This document shows positions 37,022 through 49,948 of a stretch of 64,000 nt of DNA, in pieces (the first letter of the stretch is position 1; every line of letters begins with the position of its first letter). Under the pieces are notes generated by a model. The model was not told the origin of the DNA, searched no databases, and saw nothing but the letters and a program-made list of their open reading frames with translations. This DNA comes from Octopus vulgaris (taxonomy: Eukaryota). Location of the stretch: assembly GCA_951406725.2 (NCBI GenBank), contig OX597818.1, positions 68,696,001-68,760,000 on the forward strand. Reading direction: 5' to 3'. The position numbers and the translations under genes are program-made.

Positions 37022-37240
37022 GTAACCTCAACATCTCTTCATAGTGTCCTCTGAATGAAAATTGCCTCACAAGTTACATTATCTATAGTGCATCTGTAAC
37101 GGAGAATATTACAACACCAACCCTACCCATCACATATATAGGCTCAACAGCAAACCCATTCAAAGCACAATGCAACCAACACACACACACATACTTCAAG
37201 CACCCTCAACACTTTTCAAACCTATAAATTTATCCACCTA
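37021..37240 (+). pseudogene. Penelope-like element GIY-YIG endonuclease N-terminal fragment
   Basis: Translation CN..*CPLNENCLTSYIIYSASVTENITTPTLPITYIGSTANPFKAQCNQH: IIY..YIG motif preceded by CPL..C; begins exactly at a (TA)n array. Confidence 0.8.
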
Positions 37241-37676
37241 CTAAATATGACAATCATTCCCAACTTTCTAGCTTGCATTCAGAAGAATACAGGAAACTGA
37301 CTTTGTTACATCAGTCTACTTCCACTCTTGACTGTACTCTAAACAATTGTAAAATTCCTACATCAAACCAAATTAAATCTTTTCACCATACCTTTTTGTT
37401 AACCCATATGCTTAAAGCACATACTTTCTTTCTATCTCCTCTGTTCCCTAAATTCTTACACAATTACTTATCCTGTCTAGCAACATCACTCCTAATTGTC
37501 CTTCACATTGCTCACCTACCAAAGTGCAACTTGCCAAGGACTATATAAAGCCAAAAAGAACCACAGAAAATAGGAATGTGATGAAGGAACGGAAGCTGAA
37601 AGAGAGAGATATACATACATACATACATACATACAGACATATATATATATATGTATATGTATATGTATATATATGT

Positions 37677-37815
37677 ATAGTTGAAAGAATGTGTAGAGAT
37701 GGCTTTATTAACAGGATAATTTTGATTTTAATCTTACTGTAAACATTATTATTAAGATTAAAATACAAATTATCCCCTCAAAAAATCCATCTCTACTCAT
37801 TCTTTCAAATATATA
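37677..37815. repeat. Short fold-back element in TA array
   Basis: ttgaaagaatgtgtagagatgg ... ccatctctactcattctttcaa inverted arms. Confidence 0.7.
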
Positions 37816-37903
37816 TAAAACTGCACCAAGAATTTTTCTTTATTAGTCTACTATTTATATATATACGTACATACATACATATATATATGCACACGCAGAC
37901 ATG

Positions 37904-37943
<40 letters not shown>

Positions 37944-38393
37944 CACACACACAAATAGCTGTATTCTGAAGGAGTATACAAATCCTATCCGTTCATTTAT
38001 CAACGACACCCAATTGCACCTTGTCTTCCATTCTTTTTCCCTTCTTAATTGTTACAGACATAAACAACCAATGTATATTAACGAAGACAAAACAAATTAG
38101 GCCTGTTTCCCTGATGCTGTCGACTCGTCGCTCAGATTCTTTGATCTTTGTTGGCATCATTAGCTGCACTTAAATGTGCCAACATCTGAAGTGTTTCACA
38201 CGTAGCCGCAACAAGACAATGGCGGGGAAACATGCACAGAGGAATTACATGCTTCTAAATAAATATACACATCATTTGATGGGAGGGAGTAAAGGTGAGT
38301 GTTTTTGAATGAAGGCAAGAGAAATTTCTATGTGTGTACATGCATATGTGTATGAATGTGTGTGTGTGTGTGTGTGTGTTTGTCTATCTATGT

Positions 38394-38428
<35 letters not shown>

Positions 38429-38851
38429 AATATTCTAAAATTATAAACATAATTATAATCAGGGGTCAGCTAATTACTTTGCCTTGCACCAAATCTAGAA
38501 ATAGGAGTGAAATGCCCCTTCTACAATCAAAATGATCTCCCAGACAATACATATGTATGTGTATATATGTGTATCTATCCATCCATCTATCTATCTATCT
38601 ATCCATCAAGTAAATCATTTGATAGAGACACGTGTCAGAATAATTGTGCAGCATGTTCTAGAAACCTACATGAAAAAGGAAAACACTGATTAAGTGTGAG
38701 GAAGGGACGTGCGCGATTATCCCAATCATATATTGGTAAGATTTCTAGAAGCATCAATGATAGATTCAAGGAACAACTGGACAACTACACAGCAAAAAAA
38801 AAATAAACAAACTCCATCTTCTTCTATCAGCATGCTGATGACTGTCACAAT

Positions 38852-39159
38852 TGTTGTTTGTTCCTTCTCGAGCCACGCCTGGTTCATAAGGGCCGGTTTC
38901 CCAGTTTCCTTGGTGTATAGATTCCCCACCTGGACGGGATGCCAGTCCGTTGCAGGTGAGCTGCAAGATGCAGGAGGAAAGAGTGAGAGATAATTGTGGT
39001 GGAAGAGTCAGCAGAAGTTTCGACATTACCTTCTGCTGGAGCAGCATGGAGATTAGGTGTTTCGCTCATAAACACACATTGCCAGGTCTGAGATTTGAAC
39101 CTGCGATCCCTCAACTGCGAGTCCGCTGCTCTAACCACTAGGCCATGTGCCTCCACACA
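38852..39159 (-). mobile_element. tRNA-derived SINE, family C, with 12-bp TSD
   Basis: Minus-strand head TGGCCTAGTGGTTAGAGC..GGTTCAAATCT; TSD gactgtcacaat at 38840-38851 and 39160-39171. Confidence 0.92.
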
Positions 39160-39799
39160 GACTGTCACAATGGCTCCTTAGTTGAGCATACAAACCCACC
39201 CTCAACCTTAAATCTGAATGGGGTAACACTCAGCACAGGTGCTCTTTACGTGGTGCTGACATGAGTGCTTTAAATGCAGGGCCTGCACAGCTGCTTTCTA
39301 AATGGCACCAGCACTTGTGGGATCACAGGTTTTATATAGCACCAGTACCTGTGGGGTCACCAAGACAAAGACATCTCAGCTGAGAGAGGGAGAGGAACCA
39401 TAAGAAGTGTCCATGTTCCAGGTGAGAGTATGATAGAGAGACATGGAGAGCTGCCTTTCTACAGAGAAGATTCATGGCTACACATATATAAATCATCATC
39501 ATCATCATCATTTTGACATCCAATTGATCATGTTTATATGGGGCAGATGGGAGATTTTATACAGCCCAGTGCATACCTGTTTACAAACAAGGTATGCACT
39601 TTGCCAGGGTTTAACAGGTTTCAAGAGAAGGACACCATTTGCTTGAATGTGATACTCGGTTATATCTAACATGTGGCATCAACACACGCACACACAGACA
39701 CACACATGCACACACACACACCTGCACACACACACACCTGCACACACACACATGCACACACACACACCTGCACACACACAACACACACAAGATTTTTTA

Positions 39800-39956
39800 T
39801 TTGCTTTCAGATTCCGTCTATAAAATCTCCTCAGAAGTTTGTAGTTCGCTTGTGTTATTAGCAAAGGACAACTGTCCAAATGCCATGCAATGGGACTGAA
39901 CCTGAAACCATGTGGTGAGGAAGCAAATTTCTCAAGTACACACCCACGCCTGCACC
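39800..39956 (-). mobile_element. Family A SINE 5' portion, degenerate
   Basis: tgggactgaacctgaaaccatgtgg..cacccacgcctgcacc = reverse complement of the family A head. Confidence 0.7.
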
Positions 39957-41029
39957 TGTGTCAAATTTCATTGAATATTTATTTATAAATTGAAATTTTA
40001 GCCATTTTAATTTATTTAAATAAAAAAAATCTTTACCAATTATGGAGTAGGCAAGGCAGTGTGGTGCAAGGTCAAGGTCATGAGAATAGCTTTGGATATT
40101 TATGAAGATCAAGGTCACAGGCATGACAGTGTGTACTTATGAAGTTCAAGGTCAGAGATACAACCCCATGTTTAATAACTTCAAGCCTTTTGTGACCAGA
40201 AATCAAGGCCATATTGAGGTTCATATATTTCCCTGATTCCAGGTCACAGCCTTGGAACTGTGGTTTAGAAATTTATTGTTCGTTCATGTGAGCCTAGATT
40301 TCATCTCCCTGTATTGTCATTGAGGCAAGTTCTTCTAAATCTTTGCTCTGAAATCTGTATGGAATTGGTGCAGTGCAAAAGGAAATGCCTCTTGGTATTT
40401 AGTTACGTTTTTGCTATGTCCATTTATTGGGTCAACTCTGCTCTTCTACCTCATTAATACATTAAAATTAATACAAGGAATATTAAATGCTTTATTGAAT
40501 GAATCTACAAAAGCCATCAAAGTTGGTGCCTCAGCATAAAAATCACAGACTGTGACTGGAATTAATGACTGAGAACAATAAAAGGATAAATAAAATAATA
40601 AAATAGAAAACCACTCTGGTGGTTGCTGACGGTTCGTTAAAGCAATGGAAACCATCTGCTGCAGTATTTAGTTCCATTATTCCATGGTGTGAGTTCAAAT
40701 CTCTCTGATGTCCACAGCATTGTCCATTCTTCTGGGTCACTGAAATAGGTAGCAGCCAAGTGCACAAGTACCTAAAGGTATTTTAGTGAATTGTGATGCT
40801 TGCTGTAGAATTTTGGTCTGGGATAATCAAAGAAAATTTTATGAAAGAAGGAAATAAAGAGAAGAATTTAGTGAAGTAAAGAAAGGAGTGTTTGTAAGAT
40901 ATTTAGACATGTTTTTGTGATTGCTGTTGTTTTTTCCATTGTAATAACCCTTAGGGAACAGAGACATGCTGGCCATACATGTATGTATGTACATATATAT
41001 GGATGGATGGATGGATGCAGAGGAAGCAA

Positions 41030-41930
41030 CTTGATCTGTATTCATTGATCTTACAAAAGCCTTTGACAGTATTTATACCAACGCTTTGGGGCATCCTGGA
41101 AAGTTCACAGGACTCATTCGATCCTTTCACAACCTGAAAGCATGGCTTGGCATCAATGGTGAACTGCTTGAACCCATCTCAATTGAATCTGGCATTAAGC
41201 AGTATAAAGCTCTTGGCCCCTACATCCTTCATCTTTTATTTTGTTTTGTTTTTGATATTGTTCTCTTGCCAGACTTTTCCCATCGTGATGCTGAAATCCA
41301 AAATGCCATGGATGTGTTTGTCTTGGTAGAACTCTATCTTAGATTTGATGAGGAGATCAATTATAGTCTTTCTAAGGCTGCTTGTGATGGAAATCTTGAA
41401 TCAAAGCTCTGGTTGCAACTGGACATCAAAGCAACAATGAAAGTGGAGCTGCCTCAAGCATGCATCTTAGCGTTGCTGTTGTATAGATGAGGGACCTGGG
41501 CAGTCTACTGAAGGCACATTCAATGTCTCAACTGATACTAACAGTGGTACTTGTAAACCTGAAGATCTCATGGCAATCTCAAGTACCAGATATGAAAGCA
41601 TGCAGCCTGCTGGCCTCAGGTTGGCCAGCCATGACCTAGTCCAGGATTATGAAACCCCAACTTTGATAGTCTGGTCATCTTGTCTGTTCAGTGGACAGCT
41701 GCATGCCAAAAGGGGTGTTGTATGGTGAACTGGAGCAAGAGAAATGCTCTCAGTGAAAACTACACAAGCGTTTCAAAGACAATCTTAACGATACATTTAA
41801 ACGATCAATATTGATACAGACCCCTGGGAAGATCTTGCATCAGATAATGAGTTATGGAAGAATTTGATTGGAGTTCAAGAATTTTAGAACCACAGGATTG
41901 CATACAGTTGGTTAAAGTGTGCTGGTAAAT
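41030..41930 (+). mobile_element. Old RTE/BovB-like LINE RT remnant
   Basis: FIDLTKAFDS, GHPGKFTGLIRSFH, SGIKQ..LGP, DEEINYSLSKA, ACILALLLYR*GTW, MPKGVLYGEL, KRFKDNL; many stops and deletions. Confidence 0.75.
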
Positions 41931-42372
41931 ATGTGAACGATGTGAAACTTCTTCATGGGAGGGGCACGAAAATATCTATTTCGAGTGATCAATGAGGTTG
42001 TGTCTACTTCTCAAAGTCTGGCCTACTCAGCCACAAGCATGCTCAGGGAGGAGACCTATATGATAGCACACATGATCTCTCATGCATTTTATGTACAGGG
42101 TATGTGTATCAGCCAGCCGAGTGACTCAGTACTGTAGGTTCCAACATCAAGATGGTTTAGCTGCTGCTGCTACTGGAGAACTGACTTCGAGTGACTCTCA
42201 GGTACTCTGCAGGCTTTAGGAGTCATATGAAATGACTTTAACGATGGGAAGACCAAACTTGAGATGGTTCTCTCACAGTGAAATGAGTTTAGGAATTAAT
42301 CTTATTTTATCACAGGATGATTCCCAGTATATAAGGACATACAGATTGATGCATTGAAGTTGATATATATAT

Positions 42373-42433
<61 letters not shown>

Positions 42434-42559
42434 TAATATAATATAAATGTATAGATATTTATATATAAATATATATACATATATACATATGTATACATAT
42501 ACACACACACACATATATATATATACACACATATATTCATATATATCTAAGTTTGTGTA

Positions 42560-42970
42560 TAGTTATATATGTATGTATTTACATATGTATGTGTGATGTA
42601 TGGAAGGATGTATGTATATAGTCATAAATGTATGTCTGTTTGTCTGTATTTGTATATGCATGAGTGTTTACATGTGTATGTGCACGTATGTAAGGATATA
42701 TGTATCTGTGTATGCATGTATGTGTGTGTGTGTGCATTTATTTATGTATGTATGCATGTATGTATGTATGTGTGATTGTATGTATGTATGTATGTATGTA
42801 TGTATGTATGTATGTGTGTGTGTATGTATGTATGTATGTATGTATGTATGTATGTATGTATGTATGTGTGTATGTATGTATGTATGTATGTATGTATGTA
42901 TGTATGTATGTATGTGTGTGTATGTGTGTATGTATGTATGAAAGTATGTGTGTGTGTATGTATGTATGTA

Positions 42971-43005
<35 letters not shown>

Positions 43006-43185
43006 ATGTGTGTGTGTATGTATGTATGTATGTATGTATGTATGTATGTATGTGTATGTATGTATGTATGTATGTATGTATGTATGTATGTATGTATGTA
43101 TGTATGTATATGTGTGTGTGTGCAAGTATGTGTGTATGTATGTGTGTGTGCGTGAATATATGTATGTGTGAATGTATGTATGTTG
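42560..43185. repeat. Compound (TATG)n/(TG)n microsatellite
   Basis: Direct inspection; source of the long MYVC/HTYI pseudo-ORFs. Confidence 0.95.
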
Positions 43186-43327
43186 ATCCTGTCTGGAGAG
43201 ACATTCTGGCACACATCGACACATGTGTGTAGATGGAAACATGGAACCATATAATTCTCCATGGGTTTTCCCATTTTCATTCTTTGAGTAATAAAATCAG
43301 TGTCAGTCACGCCTTGTTGGTTTCGTA

Positions 43328-43404
<77 letters not shown>

Positions 43405-44189
43405 CCACCACCACCACCAATGTGCAATCATTATCTCTGTTATTGGAAATACCATTCTCTCTGGCTAGATTAGCACCATATCACAGAGGACCCATGGGTA
43501 TAGGACTCTGATATTAGATGCTGACAGAATCGGTCAAGGAAGACTACCACCAGCATTGCCATCACCATAGCAACCACCACTGCCACTAATGCCACGACAA
43601 CATTAATAACCATCACCATAGCTACTGCCACAACCACCCAACCCCAACACCACTGCTGCTGCTGCTGCTGCCACTGCTGCCACCGCCACCATTGTAAAGG
43701 CAACAACAACAACAACAGCAACAAGCAACACCATTACCCATTTCACCATGACCACCACAACTAGGGCCATCACAGGCGGCAGTAACAACAGCAGTAACAA
43801 CAAGCCAATAATGATATTTTTATATGGTTAAACGATTTGCTAAAAATAACAGTTAAATTTCTCACAATGACCCCCTTCTGTCTGCAAAGACAAATTGGAA
43901 AATATAATTTAGGATATTAAAATGATGATGATGATGATGATGAAGATAAAGATGAGGACAACGACAATGATGACCAAAACCTTGTTAGAGCATTTGATGG
44001 AAAGAAACTGAAAGAAGCCCATCCTATATATGCATGTGTGTGTGTGTGTGTGTGTGTGCATATGTGTATGCATACATACATACATCTGTAGACACACACA
44101 TCTTCCATCTTAGTTCAATATAACTTCTTTATGCATGCATATACCATCCCCATCATCATCATCACCACCCGCCCACTACCATCATTATC

Positions 44190-44570
44190 ATTATCATTTA
44201 ACGTCTGTTGTCGTGGCTGGCATGGGTGGGACGGTTTGACTGGGCTGCCATGCTGGAAAGCTGCACCAGAATCCAGTCTGATGTGACATGGCTTTCTACA
44301 GCTGGATGCCCTTCCTAGTGCCAACCACTCTGAGAGTGTAATGGGTGCTTTTACAAGCCACCAGCCTGAAAGCCATTTGCATAGCACCAGGGTGTTTTTT
44401 ACATGCCACTGGCACAGATGCCATTTGCATGACACCAGTATGTGCCACAACTGTGATTTTGCTCAGCTTGATGGGTCTTCTTCTCAAGCACAACAGAATG
44501 CTAAAGGCCTTGGTTATTACCCCCGAGAGGCCCAACACTTGAAAGGAACTCAGTCACTTTACCTCAGTGC
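44190..44570 (-). mobile_element. RTE-related 3'-UTR fragment
   Basis: tttaacgtctg..ggcatgggtgggacggtttgac..ctacagctggatgcccttcc..; single copy of the 'ggaactcagtcac' subunit that is amplified at 16424-16689. Confidence 0.75.
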
Positions 44571-44707
44571 TTTTGTGTGGTTGTTTGAGGTAAATTTTGG
44601 CCCTTATTTCTAGCAATTGTAGGTGATATTTTGCTCCCTCATTTATTAATTCTACTTTTTCAGTTTTAATTGCTATAACCACCTTTATTATAATGTATTT
44701 AATATTT

Positions 44708-44825
44708 CAATTAAATAAGTACCAGTCGCACACTGGGGTTGATGTAATCGACTTAATCCCTTTGTCTGTCCTTGTTTGTCCCCCTATGTTTAGCCCCTTC
44801 GGGCAATAAATAAATAAATAAATAA
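44708..44825 (+). mobile_element. Family B SINE 3' half with (TAAA)n tail
   Basis: aagtaccagtcgcacactggggttgatgtaatcgacttaatccctttgtctg..gccccttcgggcaataaa. Confidence 0.85.
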
Positions 44826-45208
44826 ATATATCTTAATGTATTAATATATTATCCTAATATCTTATTCTATATACATTATTATATTTCAGGATGGGAATTT
44901 CTTTTTACCAAATAAACACACACACACACACTCTATACCCTCGTTCTTCCCTTCTTATTACTGCTTTTATTTTATCTTGTGTCTATTGCCTGGAAATCTT
45001 TCATCACACACCTGTGACCTCTTCTGTCCACATGTATCCTCCTGCTCCAGTTTGTCCATTCTGTCTTTCTATCTGCACATGCCTTAGCATCTATATCTGT
45101 GTATGAGGGTGTGAATGTGTGTGTGCATATGTGTATGCATATGTGTATGCATGTTTCACACGTGTGTTTATGTGCGTGTGCATGGGCTTGCCCCCACCCA
45201 ATATACAT

Positions 45209-45283
45209 TTTATTTGTGTGCCCCTTTATATTGTTGTCATTCTTAATGGTACTTCGACCCTTCCCTCACCTACATTTCACCCT

Positions 45284-45317
<34 letters not shown>

Positions 45318-45441
45318 ATCTTGATCCTCAAAAGTAAGGATCAATAACAGCAGCAATAGGGGAGAACATGTAGGTGTGTGTGTGTGGGAAGGGTCAAAGT
45401 ACCACAAAGAATGACAACAATATAAAGGGCACAGATATAAA
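45209..45441. repeat. Fold-back (MITE-like) palindrome with arm-specific microsatellite expansions
   Basis: gtgcccctttatattgttgtcattctt..ggtacttcgacccttccc / gggaagggtcaaagtacc..aagaatgacaacaatataaagggcac; inner ttgatcct/aggatcaa. Confidence 0.8.
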
Positions 45442-45605
45442 CAGCCTAGTGTTTAACAGGAAATACAAACAGTAATAAAAGAATGACGAATGAATATACG
45501 GTGCTTATTTGGTTAAAAAAATTATCCCCAAATATAACAATATCTGTTTTAACACACAGCTTCACATCAAGAATCTTGCAACACGAATGTGTATGTACGT
45601 TTATC

Positions 45606-46122
45606 TCAACTACAATTTCCATTTGATTTTTTGATGTTGATGTACTTGTCTCAATAGGTCTCCTCAAGCACAGCAGGTCGCCCTACGATCCAAGATAAGT
45701 ACAGCAGGCCATCCTGTGATCCAAGGCACTTTGGATGGGCTGGGACTTCTATGTGAATCTGGTGCAGGAAACAGCTATGAACTCACGTTATTTGTTGGGT
45801 CTTATATATATATAAATACGTATGTATATATATATGTGTGTGTGTGTATATATGTGTGTGTATATTGGGTCTCACAGAGGCAATGATGAAAGACCAGGAT
45901 CTCTGGAGATATGCTGTGACTGCAAAGACCCAACAAATAACGTGAGTTCATAGCTGTTTCCTGCACCAGATTCACATAGAAGTCTCAGCCCATCCAAAGT
46001 GCCTTGGATCACAGGATGGCCTGCTGTATTTACCTTGGATCGTAGGGCGACCTGCTGTGCTTGAGGAGACCTATTGAGACAAGTACATCAGCATCAAAAA
46101 ATCAAATGGAAATTGTAGTTGA
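45606..46122. repeat. 198-bp inverted duplication of an RTE 3' segment
   Basis: Arms 45606-45803 and 45925-46122 are near-perfect reverse complements; 121-bp spacer of TA/TG repeat plus RTE ORF end. Confidence 0.92.
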
Positions 46123-46390
46123 TACCTCTGCCAGTGGCACGTAAAAAGCACCAACCTATCGTGGCTGTTTCAAGCCTCCCCTGACACCTGTGCCGATGGC
46201 ACATAAGAAGCACCCACTACACTCTCGGAGTGGTTGGCGTTAGGAAGGACATCCAGCTGTAGAAACACTGCCAGATCAGACTGGAGCCTTGTGCAATCTC
46301 CTGGCTTCCCAGACCCTGGAAGAACCATCCAACCCATGCTAGCATGGAAAACGGATGTTAAATGATGATGATGATGATGATGATGATGAT
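45866..46390 (+). mobile_element. RTE-family 5'-truncated copy (ORF end + 3' UTR)
   Basis: ttgggtctcacagaggcaatg..gatctctggagatatgctgtgactgcaaagaccc matches 10314-10379; ends 'cggatgttaaatgatgatgat' then (TA)n. Confidence 0.9.
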
Positions 46391-46425
46391 ATATATATAT
46401 GTATGTATGTCTGTATGTCTGTATG

Positions 46426-46645
46426 TATAGACGATAAGAAAATGGAGGGAAAATAACAATAAGAAGTGTGTCTTTTGAGCTAGAAAGCCATTATTTAATT
46501 AGTTAAGAAAAGTAGGAGTGAAAAGGAATTTACAATCGTTCCGGGGTACCATGGTACAGAAAATATATATTTATATTATTGCCTCGTTGTCAATAGTAGA
46601 GACACTTCGTGTTGATATTTTTCCTCCATTTTCTTATCGTCTATA
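46426..46645. repeat. Fold-back element (about 47-bp arms), possible half-hammerhead remnant
   Basis: tatagacgataagaaaatggagggaaaata..gaagtgtgtct / agagacacttc..attttcttatcgtctata; minus strand of spacer has 'GGAA-CGATTG-TA-aattcc'. Confidence 0.65.
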
Positions 46646-46828
46646 TAAATTAAGCTATGGTTTACCCGCTAAATTACCTGTTGCTGTATACCTTTTACCA
46701 AGGACTATACTTACTGTACTGAGGTAATTACCAGGTGTGCCTTTGGATATATCTATCTCTTAGAGACTTTAAAGACCTCTAACTTATACCTGCATGTATG
46801 TATGTATATATATATCTATCTATATATA

Positions 46829-46872
<44 letters not shown>

Positions 46873-48029
46873 TATATATATTACATAGCCTTACCTACCA
46901 TCCTGGGTCTTCTGGATACCGAAACCTCTCGTATATACATGCACACACACACATATATATATGCATGTATACATGTATGTATGTAGTAAATTGGCTAAGA
47001 TATGAAAAGTAGTATTAGCATGGTATATTTATATCATCCCCTGACCATTCATCTATTGTGGTTTAATAACTGACATGACTCCCATCATTATCACACATAG
47101 ATAGAAACAGACAAATACAAAACTTATACATCCAATTTCTCTGCTCATTTTTTAAGTTCTTATTATTTTTTCTCTGCACTGATAAGTACTTTGATATTTG
47201 CAAATTCTTAAAAGGATTTATATCTTTATACGAAACGATTGTATGCATGCATAAACTTCTTTCAGCTTTTTAACCTCTTATCTCCTTCACTTTTGGCAAA
47301 TAAGATTGGATTTGTAGAAGTTCATTCCATAAATTAATCATGCACTTTAATATACTATTACTACTTTTCATATCAATGCCAATTTACACCAGTAAACTCT
47401 CAGCAAACGATGAAGAATCAACGTTAGAAATCTTATTGGAAACCACTCCAATTAAGGGATGAAACAACATTCAACATTTTACACACTTATATATACATGC
47501 ATATGTATGTGTACATAAAGATATATATATATATATGTTATATTAAATTAGAGATAAACCACTATTAGACAAATCAAATATATATATATACATATGTATA
47601 TATACATGTATATATAAGTGTGTATGTATTAATCTAATTAAGGCAGTGACATGGTAGAATCATTCTCACACCAACCCATACATAGGTGTCATGTGCTGGT
47701 TGTAAATGCGTCTCATGTTCATAAATGTAAGGATGTACATTTTCACTCATCCATGGAAAACATGCCAGGCTTGGAGAAAATATTGTCTTACTTAAAAATA
47801 GGTGAGGCTTGGCAAGAGGAAGGGCATTTGGCCATCAGAAACCTGCCTCAACAATTTTCATTAGAGTGATGTAATCATGGTGGGGTAGACATTAAATGAT
47901 GGTGATGCTGATGCTGATGAGGATTATATATATAAATATATATCAAGATATCTATGTACATACATACATACATATATATATATATATATGTACATATATA
48001 TCCATATATATATATATGTATGAATATAA

Positions 48030-48205
48030 TCATCATCGTTTAACGTCCGTTCTCCATGCTAGCATGGGTTGGACGGTTTGACCGGGGATCTGGGAAGCCA
48101 GAAGGCTGCACCAGGCTCCAGTCTTATCTGGCAATGTTTCTACAGCTGGATGCCCTTCCTAACGCCAACCACTCTATGAGTGTAGTGGGTGCTTTTTACG
48201 TGCCA
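48030..48205 (-). mobile_element. RTE-family 3' terminal fragment
   Basis: catcatcgtttaacgtccg..ccatgctagcatgggttggacgg..gtgggtgctttttacgtgccac. Confidence 0.88.
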
Positions 48206-48569
48206 CACACACACACACCTTTATAGATGACAATCTCTCCCACCTGAAGACAGAAGCTGGATTTACAGCGAAGTTTCTATTTGCCAATCCTTGATTTTCT
48301 ATAGACACCTTTTGCCAACATTACAACGATTACTTAATTCTGAACCACCAAAAACAGCTGTTGGACCTGAAATACCACGCCCTCTGCCCTCAGTTCACTT
48401 TATCTTTTCTATTCCATGAAAATCTCTTCTCTAAATATGCTTTTCCACGAAGGTTCATCTTGTGAACATTTTCAGTATTTGTTTCACTCTCAATATATAT
48501 CCCTATATATTTTTACATGTATATATGTATGTATATGTATGTCTATTCATATATATATATATATATATA

Positions 48570-48895
48570 GGCAGAGGAGTGGCATGTGGTAAGTAGGTTG
48601 CTTACCCACCATATGGTCCTGGGTTCAGTCCCACTGTGAAGACCTTGGACAAGTGTCTTCTATTATAGCCTCGGGCCGACCAAAATCTTGTGAGTGGATC
48701 TTGTAGGCAGAAACTGAAAGACGCCCATCATATATATATATATGTTTGTGTACCTTTTTTGTCCCCCCTCCACTCCACTATTGCTTGACAACTGATGTTG
48801 GTGAGTTTACATCCCCATAACTTACTAGTTCAGTTAAAGAGATGGATAGAATAAGTACTAGGCTTCCAAAGAATAAGCTCTGGGGGCGATTTCTT
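48570..48895 (+). mobile_element. tRNA-derived SINE, family A (3' truncated)
   Basis: ggcagaggagtggcatgtggtaag..gggttcagtcccactg..gaataagtactaggctt. Confidence 0.85.
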
Positions 48896-48949
48896 ATAAA
48901 GGTGTGTGTGTGAGTACACAAGATAATTATATTGATAATATTGGTTTCA

Positions 48950-49322
48950 CCTTTTGACACAAGGCCAGCAATTTCAGGAATGGGAGTAAGTTAATTACAT
49001 CAACCCCAGTATTCAACTGGTACCCATTTCATCGACCCTGAAAGGATGGAAGGCAAAGTTGACCTCAGCAGAATTTGAACTCAGAACGTTAAGACAGCTG
49101 AAATGGTGCTAAGCATTTTGCTCTCCCCACTTTTGATTATATTAATAATATTGGCTTCAAAGTTTTGGTACAAGTATTCGACTGGTACTTATTTTATCAA
49201 CCCAGAAGGGATGAAAGACAAAGTCAAGCCTCACTTGAATTTGAACTCAGAACTTCAAGACAGCCGATATGGCAACAAGCATTTTGGTTGGTGTGAGAAT
49301 GAGTCCGCCATGTCACTGCCTT
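48950..49322 (-). mobile_element. Two tandem family B SINE fragments
   Basis: Twice 'actggtac..atc.accc.gaa.ggatg.aag.caaagt...gaatttgaactcagaac'. Confidence 0.75.
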
Positions 49323-49635
49323 AATTAGATTAATAATATTAAAGACAAGTTGATAACACCAAGAACAACAAAGCTTGTTATTACTATTACATTATTGCTG
49401 TTGTTGTTGTTGTTAGTATTATTATTATTATTATTACTTACATTGTTACAAGACACCAAATTTGTCAGGGAAACAGAGAAACATATTGAATGAGCATAAC
49501 TCTATGTCTATTACACACATATGTATATATGTATCTTTATATGTGTGTGTTATGTACATACACACAAGCACATATCTGTTACCTATTTCATTATGAATTG
49601 ATAAACTGATAGAAGGTCAATAAATTACATGTGTA

Positions 49636-49686
<51 letters not shown>

Positions 49687-49754
49687 ATCTTTTTACTTTT
49701 AATATTAAAGGTACATATGCATACATAGATTCAGGCAGATATGTATGTACACTG

Positions 49755-49803
<49 letters not shown>

Positions 49804-49851
49804 ATATATATATATATATACATATACACATATATATATATATATACATAT

Positions 49852-49890
<39 letters not shown>

Positions 49891-49914
49891 TACATATTTA
49901 TATATATATATAGA

Positions 49915-49948
<34 letters not shown>

